From: Eukaryota sp. TZLM1-RC
Taxonomy: Eukaryota; Protista; Metamonada: BaSk clade
Assembly (NCBI GenBank): GCA_040285825.1
Contig: JAUPSS010000006.1
Location: 1,116,001-1,180,000 of the forward strand
Length of the DNA stretch: 64,000 nt
Reading direction: 5' to 3'
Below, one piece after another: positions 11,252 through 22,478 of this stretch. The position numbers and the translations under genes are program-made. Every line of letters starts with the position of its first letter. Position 1 is the stretch's first letter. The notes under the pieces were generated by a model. That model saw only the letters and a list, made by a program, of their open reading frames with translations. It had not been told where the DNA came from and made no database searches.

Positions 11252-14200
11252 AGGTGTTGGATTCAATTCATCAAAATATTTGACCAAAGCTGCATTTATT
11301 GGTGGTGGAAAAAATTTTGTATTTGAATTCTCTAGAAGATATCCTTTTGCCGAAAATCTTCTTGAAACTACAAATTTAATTTTAATTTATTTTCAAAACC
11401 ACAGGAATTTCTTTTGATCTGTTAAAAATAGCGTGTTCCAGTGCTCCCGAAATTGCTGATGATCTAGCCCACTATTTTCAACAATTGATTGTTTTGAAAA
11501 TTAATCCTCCATTTGAATTACTCGCAGCACGTCTGATTGCTTTAGTAAAGCCTGGAAACGGAATCAAACCTGATGGAATACGCCCAATTGCTGTTGGTGA
11601 ATCTCTTTCTCGTTTGCTAGCATCAATTGTCTTCGATCGTGTCAAAGACAAAGCTTCTACATTTTTGAATCCTCATCAATTTGGAATCAAAACAATTGAT
11701 GGTGCTTCTGTTGCTGCTATTGCCTCTGATACCTTTTTTAATGCAGAGGAAAATAATTTTATTTTTAATCTCGACTTTAAAAATGCTTTTTAATTCTGTA
11801 AAGCGAGAAGCAATTTTTGAAGTTATTAAATCTAATTTTCCTGAGCTATCGAGTTTTTTCTACCATTTTTATGGGAAAGAATCAGATTTAATTTTTAATT
11901 CATTTGGTCTTAAATCATCTTCTGGAGTGAAGCAGGGAGATCCTTTAGGCCCATTATTGTTTTGTTTAGCTATTCACAAAACTTTAAATATCATTAAGCA
12001 AAAATACCCTTCTATAAAAATAGTTGCTTATATGGATGATATATCCTTGATTGGTTCATTTGATTTACTAGAATTGGTTGCTCAAGAAATTGCCGATTCA
12101 TATGAAAATATTGGGCTCCATCTTAATGCCAGCAAATGCCTTCTGATTGGCTCTTCTGCTCAAGACCTCGTGATAAACGATTCTATTGTCCCTTTTACTA
12201 ATTATAGTAGTAATGCTTTTAAGTTCCTTGGTTGTTGGTTAGGAAATGTGCCTCAAATTCAGAATGAATTGCAAGTTATTTTGGAAAAATTGAAAATTGA
12301 ACTTGATTCAATTTCTTCTTTAGATATAGAAAAGCATATTAAATTTTTCATGCTTAAAATTTGCTACACTGGGAGAATAACCCACATTTTGAGATCTTGT
12401 GCTCCTTCCATAGCATTAGATTTTTGTCGTTCTTTTAATTCATTGAGAACAGAATTTTTTGCTGATTTATTGGATGTAGAACCAGGAATGTTGAAAAGTC
12501 ACTTATTTTCTTCAGCAAATTTGGGGGGTATTGGATTTACTAAATCTTCAATTTTGTGTCAATCAGCATTCTTGGGTGGTGGCAAAAATTTTATTTATGA
12601 ATTTTGTCGTAGATTTCCTGATGATTCTCATCTGTTAGTTCCCAATTGCAGTCCCTATTTGTATGAGTTATCTTGTGAACTTGAAAAATTACCGCCACAA
12701 ATTTGGACCAAATGTTTTCCTCAATCAATTCAAGAAATTCCAAACCGATCTCTATTTAATTTACAGTTTTGCTGTAAAAAGCTTCAACAAAAATTGTCAA
12801 AGATTTTTGAAAGCTTGGATTTTGATGTTAGACTTGGCTTGGCCAAGAAAAAGAATCCCGCTTTTGCAAATCTTTTACAAGATATGTGTGACAGTACTTC
12901 TTCTGCCTTAGTAACAACAATTCCACAAGTTTATGGTACTCTCTTATCCGATTCTGCTTGGACTCTGAATATGAGATTTCGTTCCTTTATCTGGCCTGAT
13001 AATTTACCTCATAATTTAATTTGTAAATGTTCTCGAGAAATTACAACTACTCATTTGTTAAATTGTAAACATTTTATTACTTTTAGAAACAAGGTTCATG
13101 ATGCTGTAAGAGACCAGTTATATTGTATGTGTAAATCTCATAGAATTGAATCCTTCTTGGAACCTTTGTTGTCAAATTTGTTTGATGCTGAAAATGATTT
13201 TCATAAGAATAATAGAGGTGATGTCATATTACCTGGATTAGATGGAAGCTTCATTTTATTGGATGTAATGTCTGTTGATCCTTGTAATGCCTCAAATGAA
13301 AGGCTTGTTAATTCTGAAATTCATAATCCCCTTTCAAATGCTGAAAATTTTAAATTCAAAAAATACAATGAACCTTTGTCCAAATTGGCCAGTCTACAGC
13401 ATGCGAAATACAATTTGTATCCATTTGTATTTTCCCTTTTTGGTTCACTTGCACCAACTGCTTTACGTTTTTTGGATGATTTTGAAATGATTGTAAAGAG
13501 AAGAACTGGCAGAAATTTCAACAGATTGTTTTGGCAAAATAGAATTGTGTTTTCTATTTTTAAGGGAATGTTGAAGATGGTTTCTGATGCTTTGCTTTCT
13601 CTTGGATCTCACTATGAGAGAGTTGCATCTAGTGTTTTTGTTTTGGGAGAGATGGATTTTTTAGATGTTGATTTATAGGTTTAGAATAAAATTAAATTTT
13701 TAAAAAAAAACCACAGTCTAAAAGTCAATATCTTCAAAACAAGCTTCCAAAAAAACTACAAATAGCTTATTCCTCGATAACTTAAGAGAAGAAATATCCA
13801 GTTTATCTCCCGACTTATGGCAATCATGTTTCCCCATATCCATTCAAGAAATTCCAGACAGAAGTTTGTATTCATTAAAATTTGCGTTGAAAAAGCTCCA
13901 ACGACATCTTTTGAGAAAATTTGAAAGCAAGGATTTTATTGTTCGACTTAGCACGGCTAAGAAAGAAAATCCTGCTTTTGCAAATTTTTTGATTGATTTG
14001 AAGGACACTTCATCTGCAGTTTTGATAAATCAAATTCCCCAGATTTTTGGCCTATTTTTGAATGACGGCCAATGGACCACTGCTATTAGAATGCGTTGTT
14101 ATTTATGGCCTTGTAATTTGCCCAATGATTTGTTTTGCAAATGTGGAGCTGGTTTAACATTATCACATTTATTTAATTGTAATAGATTTATTTCCTATCG

Positions 14201-14837
14201 TTCTACGTTGCATGATGCAGTCAGAGATCAAATCCATGCAATGTGTAATTCCTGTCATATTGAATCTTTTGTAGAACCTTTGTTGAGGTCTCTTGATATA
14301 AATGAAAGCGTAAGAGATTCAGAATATGGAAAACGACGTGCTGATGTTGTTGTGCCCTCGTTTGATGATGTCATGAATGTTGTTGATGTCGTAACAGTGG
14401 ATGTTTGCAAGAAAAATGCCTTGAAAAATGCTCAATCTGAAGTATCCCCCCTTGATGACTCCGAATTGTACAAACGGAAAAAATATGCAAATCCTTTAAA
14501 AGAATTGAAACATGTTCGCCATGTAGAATACCAAATTTGCCCATTTGCTATATCGTTGTATGGTCGTCTTGGAAAAACTGCTATGAATTTTATTGATGAT
14601 TTTGAAAATCTTGTGAAAAGAAGAATGAATAAGCGTTTTGATCGTCGCTTGTGGCTAAATCGTATTGTTTTTACTATTTTCAAATCAATTCCTAAAATGA
14701 TTTCGAAAGCTTTGATGTCTGTCAGTGCACATTACGAAGAAATTGCTGTTGAGAGGTTTGATGGTGTGGAAGCTTGTTTTGAAGATATTGACTTTTAGAC
14801 TGTAGTTTAACAATAAATTAAAATAAAATAAAAAAAA
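11252..14837 (+). mobile_element. CRE family B copy inserted in A (gtaaa duplicated) and split by A at 11376-13752
   Basis: A sequence gattgtaaa|gagaag is interrupted at 11250 and resumes at 14838; 310-aa ORF 13866-14798. Confidence 0.8.
11400..13710 (+). mobile_element. Longest CRE family A copy: complete RT, thumb, knuckle and RLE; N-terminus missing
   Basis: ORFs 11485-11793 and 11681-13678 join through one extra T in a homopolymer near 11790; TSD aaactacaaat at 11365-11375 and 13753-13763. Confidence 0.93.
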
Positions 14838-15745
14838 GTAAAGAGAAGAACTGGCAGAAATTTCAACAGATTGTTTTGGCAAAATAGAATTGTGTTTTCT
14901 ATTTTTAAGGGGATGTTGATGATGGTTTCTGATGCTTTGCTTTCTCTTGGATCTCACTATGAGAGAGTTGCATCTAGTGTTTTTGTTCTGGGAGAGATGA
15001 ATTTTTTAGATGTTGATTTATATGTTTTGAATAAAATTAAAATTTTGGTAAAAAAAAAGGTTTGACAGTATCACATTTATTAAATTGTAATAGATTTATT
15101 TCCTATCGTTCTACGTTGCATGATGCAGTCAGAGATCAAATCCATGGAATGTGTAATTCCTATCATATTGAATTTATTGTAGAACCTTTGTTGAGGTCTC
15201 TTGATATAAATGAAAGCGTAAGAGATTCAGAAAATGGAAAACGACGTGCTGATGTTGTTGTGCCCTCGTTTGATGATGTCATGAATGTTGTTGATGTCGT
15301 AACAGTGGATGTTTGCAAGAAAAATGCCTTGAAAAATGCTCAATCCGAAGTATCCCCCCTTGATGACTCCGAATTGTACAAACGGATAAAATATGCAAAT
15401 CCTTTAAAAGAATTGAAACATGTTCGCCATGTAGATTACCAAATTTGCCCATTTGCTATATCGTTGTATGGTCGTCTTGGAAAAACTGCTTTGAATTTTA
15501 TTGATGATTTTGAAAATCTTGTGAAAAGAAGAATGAATAAGCGTTTTGATCGTCGCTTGTGGCTAAATCGTATTGTTTTTACTATTTTCAAATCAATTCC
15601 TAAAATGATTTCGAAAGCTTTGATGTCTGTCAGTGCACATTACGAAGAAATTGCTGTTGTGAGGTTTGATGGTGTGGAAGCTTGTTTTGAAGATATTGAC
15701 TTTTAGACTGTAGTTTAATAATAAATTAAAATTTTTCAAAAAAAA
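14838..15745 (+). mobile_element. A-family 3' end (stop-loss variant) followed by a B-family 3' portion with tail
   Basis: ORFs 14871-15065 and 15062-15706; tails near 15050 and 15738. Confidence 0.85.
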
Positions 15746-16600
15746 GAATTTTCTTCTTTTAATTTTTTTCAAAATTGGGTGAATTGCAAGACAAAAAAAG
15801 AAAGGACCTAAAGGGTCTCCTTGTTTAACTCCTGATAAAGAATCAAGATTAAAGGAATTAAAAATTAAATCAGATGAATTACCATAAAACCTATAAAAAA
15901 GGGTTTCGAGTTCAGGAAAATTTGTTTTGATTTCTTTCCAAATTGAATCTCTTTTCACTGAGTTGAAAGCATTTTTACAAATATTTTGAAAATGATGGAT
16001 TAAGCAAATGAATATCTTCAGGGAAACGATTAAGAAATTCAAAAATAAAATTTTTGCCACCACCAACAAATGCTGCTTAACAAAGAATCGAGGATTTGGT
16101 AAAGCCAACACCACCAAATTGTGAAGAAGAGAACAAGTGAGCTCGAATAAGCTCAGGATTCACTTCTAATAAGGAAGCAAAGAAAGTTGCACGGAGTTGA
16201 TTAAATGATCGGCAGAAATCAATAGACAATGAAGGTGCTGTCGATCTCAATAAGTGAGTAATTTTTCCGGAGTAACAAATTTTTAAGATAAAATACTTGA
16301 TATGTATTTCTATTTCTAATTCAGAAATTAATTGAAGTTTCTGCATTCTTGAGGGTTGATTCAATGTCCGAAGACGAAGACAACTTCCAAGGAGAAACCG
16401 TTGTACAATCAATAATTAATTCCTGGCCGCTACGCCAAGCACATTGAATATCACCTCTTTTTTGACTTTGAGCAAGCTGCATTTCATCAAAAACTGGTTC
16501 CAGTGGTACTGGATGATGGGCACTCTTCAACAAATCATAAATGCAATCGCGAACGGCATTGTGAATTATCGACCTCTTCTGAGTGAACTTCCTACAAGAT
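15746..16600 (-). mobile_element. Scrambled antisense fragments of divergent CRE relatives (RT core, thumb, RLE; family E)
   Basis: GVKQGDPLGPFFF; KICYSGKITHLLRS; KRGDIQCAW...IIDCTTVSPW in non-collinear order. Confidence 0.8.
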
Positions 16601-16605
16601 AAGAC

Positions 16606-17375
16606 ATGCCATCAGGCATTTCTTTTGATTTGTTAAAAACTGCTTGTAAAAATACTCCAGAAATTTCTGTGGATCTTGCCATTTATTTTCAAAATTTAAT
16701 GTGTTTGAATTATGTTCCACCATCTGAATTGAGTGCTGCCCGATTAGTTGCTTTGGTTAAGCCAGGAAAAAGTAACAAACCTGATGGAGTTAGACCAATT
16801 GCTATTGGAGAGTCTTTAACCAGGTTGCTGTCCTCTCTTATTTTCAATAGAATTTCTACTAAGGCAAGGGACTATTTGAAACCTTTTCAATTTGGCATTA
16901 AAACTATTGAAGGTGCTTCTGTTGCCTCGATGACTTCAAATGTTTTTTCAATAGTCAACAACATCAGTATATTTTCAATTTGGACTTTAAAAATGCCTTC
17001 AATTCAGTAAAGCGTAATTGCATTTACGATGTCCTTATTCAAGAATTTCCAGAACTATCAGCGTATTTTTATTTATTTTATGGAAAAAAGTCAGACTTAA
17101 TCGTTGACACCTTTACCCTTGAATCTTCTTCTGGTGTCAAACAAGGTGATCCTCTTGGCCCATTGCTGTTTTGTTTGGCTATTCATAATACTATTGAAAA
17201 GACCCAGAAAGAATTCCCTGAGTTACGTATTGTTGCTTATATGGATGACATTTCGATTATTGGTTCTTATGAAAACATTTGTAGGGTTTCTAAAGGCATT
17301 GCTGCGAAATACAAAGACATTGGATTAGCCTTGAATCCCGAAAAATGTCTCTTAATTGGAAGAACAAAACAATTT
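16606..17375 (+). mobile_element. RT domain of a CRE family distinct from A (D; could be the RT of B, C or E)
   Basis: RPIAIGE, DFKNAFNSV, QGDPLGP, AYMDD; one frameshift near 16950. Confidence 0.85.
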
Positions 17376-17379
17376 CAAT

Positions 17380-18490
17380 TAGTTTTCGAAAATTTACTAT
17401 CAATTTAAAAAAGGCATATGGGATGTAACACCGCTATGGAAATTTTTTTGCTTAAAGATAAAAAATTATTGTCATCGAAATCAAAATTTCGTCCTTCAGT
17501 AATGAAGAAAGAGAAAATTGTTCGAAAATTAGCTTCAAAGGGACGCTATGGTTCCGCTAAGCAATGCCTGTTTTCATCTAAACTTGCAGAATGTAATGAA
17601 AATACTACTGCTCAACTTAAGAATCTCCATCCTGTTGAAAATTTTAAGTGCCCTAAACCTAATAATGTAAGTTATTGGGAGCAAAATCCCTTAACTAATG
17701 ATGAACTAATTAAATTGATTAACCACTTTTGCTATACTGGGAGAATAACCCACATTTTGAGATCTTGTGCTCCTTCCATAGCATTAGATTTTTGTCGTTC
17801 CTTTAATTCATTGAGAACAGAATTTTTTGCTGATTTATTGGATGTAGAACCAGGAATGTTGAGAAATCACTTATTTTCTTCAGCAAATTTGGGTGGTATT
17901 GGATTACTAATTCTGCTATTTTGTGTCAATCAGCTTCATTGGGTGGATGCAAGAATTTTATTTATGAATTTTCTCGTAGATTTCCTGATGATTCTCATCT
18001 GTTAGGTCCCAGTTGCAGTCCATATTTGAATGATTTGTCTTGTGAATTTGATAGATTGCCACAACAAATTTGGACCAAATGTTTTCCCCAATCAATTCAA
18101 GAAATTCCAAACAGATCTCTTCTTTATTTGCAGTTTTGCTGTAAAAAGTTTCAACAAAAATTGTCAAAGATTTTTGAAAGCTTGGATTTTGATGTTAGAC
18201 TTGGCTTGGCTAAGAAAAAGAATCCCGCTTTTGCAAATCTTTTACAAGATATGTGTGATAGTACTTCTTCTGCCTTAGTAACAACTATTCCTCAAGTTTA
18301 TGGTACTTTCTTAACTGATTCTGCTTGTACTTTGAATATGAGATTTCGTTCCTCTATTTGGCCTGATAATTTACCTCATAATTTAATTTGTAAATGTTCT
18401 CGAAAAATTAAAATTACTCATTTGTTAAATTGTAAACATTTTATAACTTTTAGAAGCAAGCTCCACGAGACTGTCAAAGATCAATTATAT
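17380..18490 (+). mobile_element. CRE pre-RT fragment fused to a divergent A-family thumb/knuckle fragment
   Basis: KGRYGSAKQCL...LKNLHP, then CYTGRITHILRS from about 17728. Confidence 0.75.
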
Positions 18491-19711
18491 GATGAGCTTT
18501 AAAATGTGTTTGTTCCAGAAGAATAAACTTGTATTAATTTTCATCGAACTGTTTTGTAATTCATTCAGGTTTTGAATACAATTCTAATTAGTAACCAAAA
18601 ATTTAAAAGCATCACCTTTGTAACAAAGTTGCCAATAACAATAATACCATGCAACGTCATTGATTACCAAATTTGTGAAATCTAACAATCAGGAATTCCA
18701 GATTTTAAACTTGCATAGACATCTTTGACGCAACATGATTCCATAGAGGCTTGTGAGGATTTCTACAAACGAAATCTGAATGTAGATGTCGTGAAATCAA
18801 GGCACGAGAATCTGGCTTTTAATAGGAGCACTGTCATTTGGTTATGCCTTGTCGTCATTAGCACCACTGACCAAAACGGGATCAGTTGAATTCCGAAGAC
18901 TACCACAAATTTGCAAGTTGACAACCAACCTCCTCTCACACCATCAATGACATACACCTTCATTCTTCTTTTATCATAGGACAGTCTTCCTTCTCTCCAC
19001 AGTGCACTTAATTCTACAGAAAGGTCTCAATCATCGGTTCTCCATTAACTCAGATATCACGCGAGCAACGACCTTTGGCCTTTAGATATTAGTTTTCTCT
19101 TGCCAAATTCATCACGAAGTTGTACAATTTTCTGGATTTCTCTGAAATGAACCCAATCTCAGCTTTCTATTACATAACATTGAATGAGGCTTAGGTGTTG
19201 CTGATTTTCAATTTCTTTATTTTCTAATAAAATCATCATGTATCCTTCATTAATATAATTACATATTACACTTTCAAACATAGTGAGTAAACAGGCCGTA
19301 TTAAGCAACCTTAACACGTGTTAAAACTAAACACGTGTCAGCACACACGTAATTGTTATATAAATATTGTAATACAACACATTAGATATCTTAGAAACTT
19401 TCAAACATATCTAGTGTGTTATATAAACAATCGCTTCAACATCTGATATTTGCACAATGATGATTCGTCAACTTCATCCGCTCTTTAGCACTAGCAGCCG
19501 TGCGTGGAAGCGACAAAATGTTTTGTCTTCGAATATGATTTAAACGTCAGACTTTTACAAATAGTTAATACATCATACACTTCCGCCACAGTTTTTTGCA
19601 TAATTGGAACACAAATCGGTCGATGGATGAGCCTTAACCTCGTTGGCAGGGGTATGTAGACATTGAAGACAAGCAATTTTGTTTCAAAAATCAGGGTCAA
19701 TATCTCGCTCA

Positions 19712-22018
19712 ATGGTCCATCACGAATCTACCGATTCTCTGTTTTCCAGGGCTGCGGCCAGGGGCTCTGCTTCTCTTTTGGAACACGAGGTTTATGGAAT
19801 CTTTGAAGAATATGGCCTCTCTCTCCCTCCCTACATCTATGCAAATGATGACAACATCTCCACACTTCCCTCTCAAATGGGCGATAAGAAATGGGTAGCC
19901 AAAGTCGTCATCAAAGACTGTCTTCACAAAACTGACATAGGAGGTGTTTCTTTCAATATCACATCCTCGACAGTCGTTACAACTTATACCATGATGAAGG
20001 AAAAGTTTGCTGGTACGCATGATTTCCAAGGTGTTCTCTTTGTTGAAATGGTCTCATTCTCTTCTGGTTTTGCATCAGAAATGCTGATTTCTGGATATCA
20101 TGACCCTTTTTTTGGACCTTGTATCGCTTTTGGCTTTGGTGGGACCATTGTAGAATTCACCAAGGACATCATGAAGCCCAACAAGGCTCAAATCATCATC
20201 CCTGCTAGTCTGGAGCTTTCTGAATTTGAGTCTCTCATTCGTCAGCTTCCCATTGCCCAAGCTTTACAAGGGGAAGTACGAGGTATCAAAAAGTCTGTGA
20301 ATTTTGATCAAATTCTGTCGATTTTGACTGTAATGAAGAACATCATGATGAGCCATTCCACTCAATCGGGAAGAGAATTCTTCATTAAGGAAGTTGAAAT
20401 TAATCCTGCCGTCATTAGTAATGGTAACATAATTGCGCTTGATGGTGTCATTGTCTTTGACAGAATCTCGGACCACCCTAATCACTGCCCTCCTCCCCTC
20501 CATAAAATCCAATCTCTATTGGAACCGAAGTCGGCAATCATTGCAGGTGCATCTGCTAAGAACTCTTTGAATCCATGTTCAGTGATTCTATCAAATTTGA
20601 TTGATTATGGTCTTAATAAGAGTGAGATCTTTTGCCTTCACCCTAAAGAGAACCAAATTCAAGGAGTCAGGGCTTTTCCCTCCATCAAAGACATAATGAA
20701 CACAAGAGCAGACCCTGTTGACCTACTCGTTATTGGAGTCCCAGCAGTCTCTGCCGGTCAATTAGTCAATGAGAGTCTTGACCTTTATCCTGCACATTCC
20801 ATTCTAGTAATATCCGCTGGTTTTGCCGAAACTACCTCTGGAAAGGAACGTTCTGATCAACTACAAGCCAGACTGACTGATTTGCTCTCTACTCCCTCCA
20901 AGCGACCAGTCCTTAATGGACCTAACACTGTCGGTTGTATTCGTCGTTCTGATGGTAATGAGTTGTCCACTGTTTTTGTACCCCGTTGGAAATCTTCCTG
21001 CACTTCAAAGGGTCTTTCCAACATGGCTCTCATCTGTCAATCCGGGGGTTTGATGATCTCTCGACTCTCCAACTTTGCTGACAAACTGAATCCCGCCTAC
21101 GCAATTAGTGTAGGAAACCAAATGGATCTATCGGTTACTGATTTCCTAGAGTATTTGCTGGATAAGCCTGATGCAACAACCTTTGCTCTTTATATTGAAG
21201 GACTTAACCAAGGTGATGGACTTCGCCTGATGAAATTGATTAAAAAAGCTAAATCTATGGGTAAGTTTGTCGTGGTTTATAAGGCAGGAAGATCTCAACA
21301 AGGTCAAGAGGCTACCCAAGGCCACACTGCTTCATTAGCTGGTGATTACCAAATGTTCAAATCCTTAATTAGGACAGCTGGTGGTATTGTTGTTGAGTCA
21401 TTCAGTGAGTTGGAAAGGGTGTCAATGCTGCTTACATGCTGGACCAGGAATGGTGGACTTCAAAAACTGTTAGCAAAGGGAAAGGAAATCGTTAGTGTTG
21501 GCGCTCTATCCAATGCTGGTTTTGAGAAGTGCGCCATTGCCGATCATTTGTTCTCTGAAAATCTTGAAAAGATTCAACTTTGCAAGTGGAATGATGAGTC
21601 TAAAGCTTCTATTGAGGCAGTGTTTAAGGAAAACCGCTTGTCTGAAGTGATAGACGTTGGTGACGTCATTGATGTTACTCCCATGCTCAATGACGAAGCC
21701 ACGGAGAAGGTCATTCGTGCCATGTATTTAGACCCTGAGCTTGATGTTTGCCTATTTTCTACTGTACCTGAAACACTTGCACTGAACACTTTGGCTCCTT
21801 CAGATGATCACAATGAAGATTACCTTGACCCTAAAGCGTTACTGCCTCGTTTGGTTGGTGTGGATCAACATTTTGGCGATAAATTGATGGTAATGTCTAT
21901 CGAATCTGGCGACCGCTATGAACCTTTCAGAAGAGCAGCGTTTGAATATGGTATTCCTTGCTTTGGTTATTCAGATGAAGCAGCACGTGCAGTTGAGCTG
22001 GTTTTAGGTAGCTTGTAG
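19712..22018 (+). CDS. ADP-forming acetyl/acyl-CoA synthetase (ACD), beta-alpha fusion
   Basis: N-terminal ATP-grasp (LLEHE, HKTDIGGV, DPFFGP..FGFGG, EINP..ALD), then CoA-binding domain (IAGAS, GPNTVG) and ligase domains (QSGG, SVGNQMD, YIEG, KAGRS, GHTASLAG with phospho-His). First ATG at 19712. Confidence 0.92.
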   Translation: MVHHESTDSLFSRAAARGSASLLEHEVYGIFEEYGLSLPPYIYANDDNISTLPSQMGDKKWVAKVVIKDCLHKTDIGGVSFNITSSTVVTTYTMMKEKFAGTHDFQGVLFVEMVSFSSGFASEMLISGYHDPFFGPCIAFGFGGTIVEFTKDIMKPNKAQIIIPASLELSEFESLIRQLPIAQALQGEVRGIKKSVNFDQILSILTVMKNIMMSHSTQSGREFFIKEVEINPAVISNGNIIALDGVIVFDRISDHPNHCPPPLHKIQSLLEPKSAIIAGASAKNSLNPCSVILSNLIDYGLNKSEIFCLHPKENQIQGVRAFPSIKDIMNTRADPVDLLVIGVPAVSAGQLVNESLDLYPAHSILVISAGFAETTSGKERSDQLQARLTDLLSTPSKRPVLNGPNTVGCIRRSDGNELSTVFVPRWKSSCTSKGLSNMALICQSGGLMISRLSNFADKLNPAYAISVGNQMDLSVTDFLEYLLDKPDATTFALYIEGLNQGDGLRLMKLIKKAKSMGKFVVVYKAGRSQQGQEATQGHTASLAGDYQMFKSLIRTAGGIVVESFSELERVSMLLTCWTRNGGLQKLLAKGKEIVSVGALSNAGFEKCAIADHLFSENLEKIQLCKWNDESKASIEAVFKENRLSEVIDVGDVIDVTPMLNDEATEKVIRAMYLDPELDVCLFSTVPETLALNTLAPSDDHNEDYLDPKALLPRLVGVDQHFGDKLMVMSIESGDRYEPFRRAAFEYGIPCFGYSDEAARAVELVLGSL

Positions 22019-22478
22019 GCTTCAAATTTTTATAAATTTATATGTATGTGTTTAAAAACTTTTTTATGAGAAAATATGATTTAAAATTATAGTTTTAGTT
22101 TTTGTGGATTTTCTTACAATTGTATTAGTATCAAGCATTAATCTAAGCCTTTGAACGTTATCTTGTCTTTTCAAGGTCAATCACAGGAATGGAAAGTGTC
22201 GAAGTGTGGAAAGGGTCGACAAGTTGCAGATTAAGTGTTTGCTATTCATAAGATTTGAAAAAAATGAATATTTATAGAGAAATTCTTAATAGTTATTTAC
22301 TGATTAAGCTATGAAAAATAATTATGTTACATATAGAACAAATTCTAAAAAATGATGATGTGTTGAGATAAAGAAATTAATTGATAAATAGTCATAATAA
22401 AAATAAAATAAAGAGCATAACTAAATGTACTAAATGTACTGTTTCCTGTTTAAATTAATTCAATACTAATCAAAATAA

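Larger units (their letters stand above)
1..18500. mobile_element. Nested array of 5'-truncated CRE-clade (RLE-type) non-LTR retrotransposons, families A, B, D, E
   Basis: Repeated RT motifs (RPIAVGE, LDFKNAFNSV, GVKQGDPLGPLLF, AYMDD), a CxC..H...C knuckle, RLE motifs (RGD/RAD...DV...K..KY), AATAAA plus poly(A) tails after the stop codons, and several TSD pairs. Confidence 0.93.

Noticed and set aside
4900-11800. Many +/-1 frameshifts in otherwise near-identical A and B copies, suggesting programmed frameshifting
   Set aside because: Almost all fall in A/T homopolymers and differ between copies; long-read consensus error or neutral decay is the simpler explanation
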